This document shows positions 1 to 7,809 of a DNA stretch of 64,000 bases, piece by piece. Within the stretch, counting starts at the first letter, position 1. Every line of letters begins with the position of its first letter. Below the pieces are notes generated by a model. It saw only the letters and a list, made by a program, of their open reading frames with translations. It did not search any database and had not been told where the DNA came from. The stretch lies in contig JAQXIO010000062.1 in assembly GCA_029007825.1 (NCBI GenBank), forward strand, positions 1,252-65,251. The letters run 5' to 3'. Origin of the DNA: Bacteroidales bacterium (GTDB taxonomy: Bacteria > Bacteroidota > Bacteroidia > Bacteroidales > JAQXIO01). A program made the position numbers and the translations under genes.

Positions 1-215
1 TTCTTATATTCGGCGATTATCCCGTAGCCAAATAATGATGAGAGATAGAACGTATAGAGTGCTATAAAGGGTGAGAATATAGCTAAAAGGTTTTTTTCTT
101 TCCGCTTTTCTTTTTTTGAAAAGAAGTAAAATATGATGCCTCCGATTATTGCTACGGGGGTGCAGAGGATAAATATGATTACAAGTTGTAGCAGAACTGC
201 GAATGCTAATCCCAT
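1..215 (-). CDS. partial membrane protein of unknown function (N-terminal part; continues past the left window edge)
   Basis: A minus-strand ATG at 213-215 opens a frame reading MGLAFAVLLQLVIIFILCTPVAIIGGIIFYFF..., with hydrophobic helices and no stop before position 1. It is missing from the ORF track because it is truncated. Confidence 0.35.
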   Translation of the reverse strand, partial: MGLAFAVLLQLVIIFILCTPVAIIGGIIFYFFSKKEKRKEKNLLAIFSPFIALYTFYLSSLFGYGIIAEYK

Positions 216-338
216 TTTATTTTATTTGATCGAAATGTTGTTGTCTGATTTTCATTTCAGGTATTCATCGTATTTTTTGCTGAAATGTTTTCCGAAATTA
301 TCAATAGTATGTTATGTCGTTGAATCTCCTAATTATTC

Positions 339-1270
339 TTAGAGGCTTTTATTTATTATTGTAAGGTTTTTCCCGAAATATACAGATAGGACCCTGCCTT
401 GCAGCTGGTCTCTCTGTATAGTGCCGAAGATGCGGCTGTCGGGGGCATTGTCGCGGTTGTCTCCTAATAAATAATAGGAGTTTTCAGGAATAGGAATGTT
501 TTTAAATGCTTCGTCATTCTGAAAGGGCGGAGTTTTACATCTTAAAATCTTATATTTAAATCCATTCGGGAGGATTTCGTTCAGTTCTTTCATTTCATAT
601 CCTTCATTCGTGAATGTGGATATGATTTTGTGGCGTGATTTTTTATTTTTGAACTTAACCAATCTGTTTTCTATGCTTAGCGTGTCTTTTGGCATTCCAA
701 CTATCCGGCAAGCATATTTTTCTCCGTTGGTTGTGAAGATTATTACCATATCTCCATAGTCCGGTTTCTGGAAATGATAAAAACCATAGTCGATCAGAAT
801 GTAGTCGCCTATACGAGTATTCGGGAGTCCGGACCATGAGCTTACCTGGGCTATGTTGTAGCGTGAGTGCTCTCCAATGTTTTCAGAGGCAGGGCGGATA
901 AAAATATACCAAGCTGCTATTATGATTGCGTAGACGTACCATTTGTTATAGTTTTTATCTGGTATTGTTTATTGCGGCGTGCTGCCAGAATGGCGTCGAC
1001 AATGCTCCATGTAAAGAGTATGCCCAGTAGTATCAATGAAATAGTGTATGTCCAAAAATAGGCTTTGATTCCGAGTAGGTTGACTCCGACCGAATAGGTT
1101 AGTAATCCCAAAGAAAAGATTAGGGCTTTTTTGATTTGTCCGTTGTAGAGTTGCCCTAATCCGGGAACTAATATTGCAAGTACGAATGCCAGTACTGTTT
1201 CTCTTGGCGTGTATTTGATTATATCTTCGATTTCTTTTTCGTCGATGATTTCCATATCACTGTTTTCCAT
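339..1270 (-). pseudogene. S26 signal peptidase I-like gene split into two frames (N-terminal multi-TM part 920-1270; peptidase part open 339-968)
   Basis: The downstream frame carries SPase I boxes: VSSWSGLPNT (compare SGSMEPTL), YACRIVGMPKDT (compare KRxxGLPGD) and GDNRDNAPDSRIFG. This frame is open from 968 but has no ATG/GTG/TTG before 749. The upstream ORF (PGLGQLYNGQ, 3 TM helices) overlaps it in another frame. One extra A in the A5 run (coding strand; 952-956 on plus) would fuse the two. Confidence 0.5.
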
Positions 1271-1349
1271 AAATTGAGTGTCTTAGTCTTGAATTGATAT
1301 TGCTCTACTGGTTTTTGACCAGAATATATTTGAGTAGGGCAGTTTGTGT

Positions 1350-2117
1350 TTATATCCGAAGAAAATCCAAAATTTTAAATATTTGTTCTACTTTTATCAT
1401 TTTTACATCACCGTTTTTTTCATCTATTTGGAATGTTATCATTCTGACCCCGTATTTTCTTATAAGGTATTCATTAGTTTTGAATTTATATTTTAATAGA
1501 AATTTATTTCCTTCAAAGTTTTCAATAAAGGATTCAAAGCAACATCTGTCTTTTTGTGTTGTGATATTTTGTATTTTCCACAGGGTGTTGTTTTCGACAA
1601 AATATCTATCTAATACGATTGTTTTTGTTTCGTTTGTTTGGATATTTTTAATAATTAGTTTGTCGGAATCATGTGAAGATCCTGTTTTAAGAATCAAAAA
1701 TTTGCCCAACTTTACGATTTGTTCGTCTTTTTCCCATTCACGCCCATTGTAGGTACCGCCTTCAAAATCGATTGTATCTCCGCTGGCATTGATATATGTG
1801 TAATTGATAAAAAAATCATAAGAGCGAAGATCTACAAAATAAGAGGAGTTGCAGAGCAGTTTTCCTCCAATTTTTTGTTCAATTACGGTCGTTTCAAATT
1901 TTGGTTCATATGTGTTGGAGTTTGGGATCGCTCGGATTCCAAGAGTAATCATTCCAAGTGTGCATAATATGAAGAGGAGGAGTCCGATGTTTTTAAGTGT
2001 CTTTCCTTTTTTCTTTAAATGCTTGTAAAGTAAAAAGAACAAAAAGGGAGGGATTGAAAGAATAATTATGCCCGTTAAAATTAAGAATCCGATGTAAATG
2101 TATATAGTTGCGTCCAT
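1350..2117 (-). CDS. hypothetical membrane-anchored protein
   Basis: 255-aa ORF with two N-terminal TM helices in a visibly AT-rich context. I recognise no family motif. Confidence 0.5.
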   Translation of the reverse strand: MDATIYIYIGFLILTGIIILSIPPFLFFLLYKHLKKKGKTLKNIGLLLFILCTLGMITLGIRAIPNSNTYEPKFETTVIEQKIGGKLLCNSSYFVDLRSYDFFINYTYINASGDTIDFEGGTYNGREWEKDEQIVKLGKFLILKTGSSHDSDKLIIKNIQTNETKTIVLDRYFVENNTLWKIQNITTQKDRCCFESFIENFEGNKFLLKYKFKTNEYLIRKYGVRMITFQIDEKNGDVKMIKVEQIFKILDFLRI

Positions 2118-2421
2118 GTTTTATTTTAGGCAATCGTTAAGCTGATACTTAAGATGTACAGATTATATTTCGAGCTGTAAATTTTTTTCTGGGGAGTTTC
2201 TCAACTATCAGTTTTTATTTCAAAAAAGAAGAGTAAAAACAGCAAAGAGAATAGTATATTTTTCATAGTTTTTTTGTTTAACCAAAGGAGGTTATGCTAT
2301 TTTCTGACGATATATTGTGCCTATTTGTCTTTTGTTTTCATGGCGGATTTAAAATTATTTAAATTTCTTATAAATGCAAATATCAGCCATCTGTAAAGAA
2401 ACAAATGGCTGATATTATGTG

Positions 2422-2494
2422 AGCGGCAAGCGAGACTCGAACTCGTGACCCTCAGCTTGGGAAGCTGATGCTCTACCAACTGAGCTACTGCCGC
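2422..2494 (-). tRNA. tRNA-Gly (anticodon CCC)
   Basis: The reverse complement folds as a cloverleaf: GCGGCAG/TA/GCTC-AGTTGGTA-GAGC/A/TCAGC-TTCCCAA-GCTGA/GGGTC/ACGAG-TTCGAGT-CTCGC/TTGCCGC/T. The anticodon loop is TTCCCAA. U73 with the C2-G71 and G3-C70 pairs fits Gly identity. No CCA is encoded. Confidence 0.85.
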
Positions 2495-2503
2495 ATTGCG
2501 GTG

Positions 2504-2534
2504 CAAATGTACGCATTTGTCGTTATTGTGCAAA
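2504..2534 (-). promoter_or_regulatory. Bacteroides-type promoter for tRNA-Gly (TTTG-N19-TACATTTG)
   Basis: The minus strand reads TTTG (2534-2531), a 19-nt spacer, then TACATTTG (2511-2504), 9 nt upstream of the mature tRNA 5' end. Confidence 0.55.
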
Positions 2535-2821
2535 TTTTCTTTTGTGAAAAATACAGGGGGATTACAGGTTTCCGGGTGTTTGCGGGGGATGGTATTTTTC
2601 CGGTATTTAGCTGACGGGGTATCGGGGTTTTACTGAAGGGTTATTCTGGAGTGGCGCTTTGAGGGAAGGTTCTGACCGTGTGATGGTGTCGTTTTTGTTT
2701 TGTTTATATAATGTTGTTAGATTGGGAGCCGGAGTGTTTGTGTGTGTACGAGTTGAGGTCTTAATTTATCTGTTGTAGTGGGGAGGGGATGAGTGTGTGT
2801 TAGAAGAGGGGGCCGGTTGGT

Positions 2822-3421
2822 TTATTTAAAGCAGTTGTAGTCTCCTTTATCGGCGAAGCGGATCATTTCTTTGTCGCCTTTGCTGTCGCCGTAGGCTATG
2901 AGGGTGTATTCGCCGCGTTGAGGGAATGCTTGTAGTATGCGGTTTACTTTTTCTTGTCCATAACAGTTTTTTGTCCGGAATTTTCCGGTGAGCTTTCCGT
3001 TTTTGTCTACTTCGAGTTGGGTGGCGAGAATATTTTTGATGCCTATGCTTTGTGCCCATGGCTTTATCCAGTTTTGGGGGGAGGCGCTGACGATTGCTAT
3101 GGTTGCGTTTTGTTGTTGGTATTTCCGTATGGTTTCTATTGCGGCGGGACGTACCATGGTGTCTATTTTTCCGGTAAAGTTTTTTCCCCATTCGTCGAAT
3201 CGGGCGAGACTTATGCCTTTGTAGAGGTGTGTAAAGAGTATTTGTTTTGCTTTCCAGTTGGGGATGAGTTTCAGTTTTAGGGCTATGAGTACGGGGAATA
3301 TAAAAAGGATGGCGAATGCGGCACGGAGGTTTCCTTTGCTGAAGCGGATAAATTCGGGCAGGGTGTCTTTTGTCGTGATTGTGCCGTCGAAGTCGAAAAC
3401 GACTATTGTTTTTTTCTTCAT
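2822..3421 (-). CDS. HAD-IB family hydrolase (phosphoserine-phosphatase-like)
   Basis: N-terminal FDFDGTIT (HAD motif I) and C-terminal GDSKGD (motif IV). 199 aa. Confidence 0.8.
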   Translation of the reverse strand: MKKKTIVVFDFDGTITTKDTLPEFIRFSKGNLRAAFAILFIFPVLIALKLKLIPNWKAKQILFTHLYKGISLARFDEWGKNFTGKIDTMVRPAAIETIRKYQQQNATIAIVSASPQNWIKPWAQSIGIKNILATQLEVDKNGKLTGKFRTKNCYGQEKVNRILQAFPQRGEYTLIAYGDSKGDKEMIRFADKGDYNCFK

Positions 3422-3839
3422 TTCGTTTTAACGGAAGGGGTTATTTATGCGGAGCCGTTGTCTGGTGTCCGTTTTTTGTTTTACAAATATATGCTTTTTT
3501 ATTTGTCCGGAGATTCTTCCGGTGTTGTTACTAATAGAAGAAACCAACCCTGCGTTTTATTTAAAAGAGATTATGCGTTGCAGTTTTTTAATTTGTTTAC
3601 GTATTTAAGGAATTATTTTACGAAAACCGGTATTGTACAGCCGAATTTTTCTGGTGCGACTACATCTTTTCGAGGGGATATGTGTTTATATAATACATCT
3701 GTCGTATTTATTTGCGCAGACCGTATGTGGGAGGGTCGGTATTTTTTATGTGGCGGAAAATGTTCCTGTATTTGCGGTTCCTGCGGATTGATTATTGAGA
3801 TAAACATACATTTATTGATTAATTAAAACAGAAAAGAAA

Positions 3840-4403
3840 ATGAAGAAGATTGTATTATTGTTACTGGTTATGGTTGCTGCGTTTTCAGTAAATGCTCAAC
3901 AGTCAAAAATTGCCCAGGAGAAGCCTAACTTGCGCCGGGTTTATGTGGGTGGCGCTTTTTCTTTGTGGCATGATAAGGATATAGACCGGACAACATTCCA
4001 GATTGCGCCGGAAGTGGGTTACAATTTCAATGAGAAATGGGCTTTGGGTGTTTCGATCGGTTACGGCCATTATAAGACTGGTGACGAGAAGGCGAATGCT
4101 TTCGGTCTGACGCCTTATGTTCGTTTTACTTATTTCCGTACGGGTATGGTACGTCTTTTTGCTGACGGTAATATCGGCTTTTCTACTTATAAGGTAAAGG
4201 GTGCCGATGCTACGAACGGTTTTCTGATCGGTATACGTCCGGGTATTGCCGTGGATTTGACGAAAAACCTGTATATTCTTGCGAGATACGGTTTTCTGGG
4301 TTATTGCGACGATTATGCTATGCTGGGAGGGAGCACCCAGAGTATCGGAGGGTTGAATTTCGATATGACAACTCTTAATTTTGGTATTAACTATCAGTTT
4401 TGA
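3840..4403 (+). CDS. small outer-membrane beta-barrel protein
   Basis: Signal peptide MKKIVLLLLVMVAAFSVNAQ, alternating amphipathic strands rich in G/Y, and a C-terminal ...NYQF aromatic terminus. Confidence 0.75.
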   Translation: MKKIVLLLLVMVAAFSVNAQQSKIAQEKPNLRRVYVGGAFSLWHDKDIDRTTFQIAPEVGYNFNEKWALGVSIGYGHYKTGDEKANAFGLTPYVRFTYFRTGMVRLFADGNIGFSTYKVKGADATNGFLIGIRPGIAVDLTKNLYILARYGFLGYCDDYAMLGGSTQSIGGLNFDMTTLNFGINYQF

Positions 4404-4430
4404 TTTAACGGTATCGTTACCGATATGGGG

Positions 4431-4461
4431 GGCCTGCCTTTTATAGGGGCAGGCTTTTTTG
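4431..4461 (+). terminator. rho-independent terminator
   Basis: GCCTGCC (4432-4438) pairs with GGCAGGC (4448-4454), followed by T6. Confidence 0.6.
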
Positions 4462-4623
4462 TATTTGTCAAAGATGGATTTGAATTGATGATGGTTGTGG
4501 GGCTTTCTATTTTGACCGCGGGGCTGTGAAGTTAAAAAAAGAGGAAGTTTTTGTGATTTGCAGAATAATAATTTTCTTTGTGTAGAGAGTATTATGGAGT
4601 CAGAATTTAAAAGGGTAGCAGTT

Positions 4624-4998
4624 ATGAAGAAATATGTTTCAACGAATCATGCTCCGGCGGCGGTTGGACCTTACAGCCAAGCTGTGAAGTGGGGCGATGT
4701 TCTTTATTTGTCGGGACAAATCGGTATCGATCCGGCTACGCAGCAGCTTGAGGAGGGTTTAGAGGCTCAGACCAAGCGTTGTTTTACCAATGTAAAGGCT
4801 ATTTTATCGGGGGAGGGATATAGTTTTGCGGATATCGTAAAGGTGACGGTTTATCTTACGGATATGGATGATTTTATTCTTGTTAACGAGTTGTATGCTT
4901 CTTTTCTGGAATCTCCTTTTCCTGCGCGTTCGTGCGTAGCGGTTTCGGCTTTGCCTAAGGGTGCTTCGGTAGAGATTGAAGTAATCGCTGCAAAATGA
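4624..4998 (+). CDS. ridA: RidA/YjgF family reactive-intermediate deaminase
   Basis: APAAVGPYSQAV...LYLSGQIGIDP...VKVTVYLTDM...RSCVAVSALPKGASVEIE is a typical YjgF/RidA sequence. The start is placed at the internal MKKYVS because the family is ~125 aa. Confidence 0.85.
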   Translation: MKKYVSTNHAPAAVGPYSQAVKWGDVLYLSGQIGIDPATQQLEEGLEAQTKRCFTNVKAILSGEGYSFADIVKVTVYLTDMDDFILVNELYASFLESPFPARSCVAVSALPKGASVEIEVIAAK

Positions 4999-6182
4999 GA
5001 CAATACAGGTATGCTCCAATGACGAGCCGGAAGCGTTCGGGGCTTCTCTTGATCGTTTTATCGGCGGCTCTTCTTGCCGTGTACGTGGGGATTCCGTGTT
5101 ATGTGCGGATGGCATTGCTTTACTGGTATCCGAATATCGATGATATGAGTATTTTCCCGTCGCGGCGTGTTTCTGCGGGGATACCACAGCCATGGCCTAC
5201 CGATCCGGAAGCGCCTTTTACTACTATACCGGATAAGTACAGGGGGGATTTCGAGAAGTACAAGACGGTTGCTTTTGTGGTGGTACGGGATAGTGCTCTT
5301 TTATTTGAGGGGTATTGGAATGCGTACAGTGATACGTCGTATTCGAATACTTTTTCTATGTCGAAGAGTGTTGTTTCGTTGTTGACGGGTTGTGCGCTGG
5401 AGGATGGTTTTATAAGGAGCCTTGACCAACCGGTGCGCGATTTTATACCTGAGTATCCGGAGAGTAACCGGTTTTCTCCGCTTACTTTACGGCATTTGCT
5501 GACGATGAGTGCGGGGATCGATTATGACGAGAGTTATGCTTCGCTTTTTTCAAAAACGACGGAGGTTTATTACGGTGACGATTTGTTGGCGTCTGCTTTG
5601 AATATGCCGCAGGCGGAGGAACCGGGAAGGTGTTTCAAATACCAGAGCGGTGCGACGTTGTTGCTTTCGATTGCGTTGTCGCGTGCGGTGGGTATGCCAG
5701 TATCGGAGTATTTTTCAGAAAAGATATGGGCGCCTATCGGGGCTGAGCACGATGCGTACTGGAGCTTGGATCGTGATAACGGTTATGAGAAGGCGTATTG
5801 TTGTATTTATTCGAATGCGCGGGATTACGCGCGTTTGGGGCAGTTGCTTCTGAACAGGGGGCGATGGGGGGATCGCCAGTTGGTGCCGGAGGATTATATT
5901 GATGAGATGACAACTCCGGACAAGGGATTGGTGCAGTGGTTCGACGAGAGGCCTAACCGGGTGTATGGTTATCAGTTGTGGCTGACTTCTTTCCGGGGAC
6001 ACCGGGTTTTTATGTTTCAGGGGATTATGGGACAGTATATTTTAGCTGTGCCTGACCTGAACGCTGTTATCGTCCGGTTGGGTGAGGCGAACGATAAGGA
6101 GTATACGCCGGATCATTTTCATACGGATGTGTTGACGTGGCTGGGTGCCGGATTCGATATTATCGAGGGGAACGACGAGTGA
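4995..6182 (+). CDS. serine hydrolase, beta-lactamase/transpeptidase-like family
   Basis: S-x-x-K motif (FSMSKSV), an N-terminal TM anchor, and an ATGA overlap with the ridA stop. Confidence 0.8.
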   Translation: MRQYRYAPMTSRKRSGLLLIVLSAALLAVYVGIPCYVRMALLYWYPNIDDMSIFPSRRVSAGIPQPWPTDPEAPFTTIPDKYRGDFEKYKTVAFVVVRDSALLFEGYWNAYSDTSYSNTFSMSKSVVSLLTGCALEDGFIRSLDQPVRDFIPEYPESNRFSPLTLRHLLTMSAGIDYDESYASLFSKTTEVYYGDDLLASALNMPQAEEPGRCFKYQSGATLLLSIALSRAVGMPVSEYFSEKIWAPIGAEHDAYWSLDRDNGYEKAYCCIYSNARDYARLGQLLLNRGRWGDRQLVPEDYIDEMTTPDKGLVQWFDERPNRVYGYQLWLTSFRGHRVFMFQGIMGQYILAVPDLNAVIVRLGEANDKEYTPDHFHTDVLTWLGAGFDIIEGNDE

Positions 6183-6211
6183 TTTACCGTATTTTATCTC
6201 ATTAGCCGGGA

Positions 6212-6991
6212 ATGAAAAGGGGAGAGGGTTTTGCGGAGGTTAAGGTTTTGCTGGATTCGATGGCTGAGCGCTTTAATTGTCCTGCGTTTGCCGAGTCTGA
6301 CCCTGTGTGTTTTCCCCGGCGTTACCATTTGAAACAGGATATTGAGGTTTCCGCTTTCCTGACGGCTGTTATTTCGTGGGGGAAGCGGAGTATTATATTG
6401 AGTTCTGCGCGTAAGATGCATGACCTGATGGGTGCTTCGCCTTATGATTTTATTATGGGGCGTGGGTATGAGCGGTTGGGGTGCGCGAATATTCACCGTA
6501 CTTTTTTTGAGGATGACATGGCTTTTATCTGCCGTGGGTTGCATGCTGTTTACAGTCGTTTCGATTCGTGTGAAAGTGTGTTTGCCGACCTGGAGTTTAC
6601 TCCTGACCGATTGTGGTGGGGGATTGTGCGGTTGCGGTCGTATATCGAGGATGCGAACGGTGTGCGGGGTTCTAAATGTTTGCGGCATATCTCCAATCCG
6701 GAGCGGTTTTCGGCGTGTAAGCGGTTGCATCTTGCATTGCGTTGGTTGGTGCGTAGGGATGGTATTGTGGACCTGGGAATCTGGCGGGGTTTGTCTCCAT
6801 CGGAGCTAAAGATTCCGTTGGATGTGCATGTGGGAAGTACGGCGCGCCGATTGGGTTTATTGGAGAGGAAGCAGAACGACCGGAGGGCTGTCGACGAACT
6901 GACGGAGGTGTTGCGGTCTTTTTGTCCGGAGGATCCTATCCGTTATGATTTTGCGTTGTTCGGAATCGGGGAGGGGAAAATTGAGCTGTGA
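6212..6991 (+). CDS. TIGR02757/DUF2400-like family protein
   Basis: Recognised by overall resemblance only (FPRRY..., VSAFLTAVISWGKR, C-terminal DFALFGIGEG). Its last 14 codons and stop lie inside the direct repeat at 6945-6995. Confidence 0.55.
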   Translation: MKRGEGFAEVKVLLDSMAERFNCPAFAESDPVCFPRRYHLKQDIEVSAFLTAVISWGKRSIILSSARKMHDLMGASPYDFIMGRGYERLGCANIHRTFFEDDMAFICRGLHAVYSRFDSCESVFADLEFTPDRLWWGIVRLRSYIEDANGVRGSKCLRHISNPERFSACKRLHLALRWLVRRDGIVDLGIWRGLSPSELKIPLDVHVGSTARRLGLLERKQNDRRAVDELTEVLRSFCPEDPIRYDFALFGIGEGKIEL

Positions 6992-6995
6992 GTTT
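6945..6995 (+). repeat. direct repeat, left copy (3' end of the TIGR02757-like gene)
   Basis: atgattttgcgttgttcggaatcggggaggggaaaattgagctgtgagttt matches 14307-14357 at 48 of 51 positions. Confidence 0.9.
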
Positions 6996-7809
6996 ATCAA
7001 GATTTTTCAGAAGATAATAAAAAGGTTTTGTTTCGGGTTTTCCCGGAGTTTTATTGATTTCAACGGTGGTCTCTTTCGGGATTCAAGGTTCCACCGGATA
7101 TGATGCATCTGCAAGTGCAGCTTATCAATGGCTATATTAGCGAAATTCTATCAGGGATAAGTCTGTGGCCTTTTCTGTGCGGGTGCCAAATTCTCAATTG
7201 TCGAATTATAAATACAGAACTTTGTTTTCAGGGCGTGAGGCTTCTATTTGTGCCATAAAGTATGATCGATATTTTTCGGACATAGGGGTTAGGTGCAAAA
7301 GATGAATGTATATCGATTTCATTGCTATAGAGGGTGCAAAGTTCTCAGTTATCTCTTTTTTCAAATCGTGTAAGGATGAATATCCGTATTTTATTGCTTG
7401 ATGTTGTTGCCGTGAGGTGTCGACATTGCCGGGATGGCCGGAGTTCAAACACATTGCAGGATATGTATATGCTCTATAGATAACAGTTCATGTTCGGGAA
7501 CTATGGTCTGGGGGCATTTTGTTGAAGTTACGACATTTTCAGTTGTGAGTGTATGAAAATAGTACTCGGCCGGTAAAGATGAGAATGGTATATAGAAAAT
7601 GTCAAAAAACAATATTTTGGACGAGCGCTGTTCTGTAATTTTTTTGTTTATCATCAACGATGCTCTATGTATGAAGCTGTTTTGACAATATTTTGCTCTG
7701 TATTTGCTTTCTTTTTTGGTGTGTCAAAATAGTACATTTGGATCGAAATTTTCGTTGCAAACCGGCAGCGTGTTGAATGCTAACTCCAAAATTTTAATAA
7801 TCAATATTT

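Noticed and set aside
133-342. 69-aa plus-strand ORF at the left edge.
   Set aside because: It is antisense to the truncated membrane ORF and the peptidase 3' region, and it has no start context or motif support.
2321-2533. 70-aa ORF on the minus strand.
   Set aside because: It is read straight through the tRNA-Gly gene and its promoter, so it is not a protein gene.
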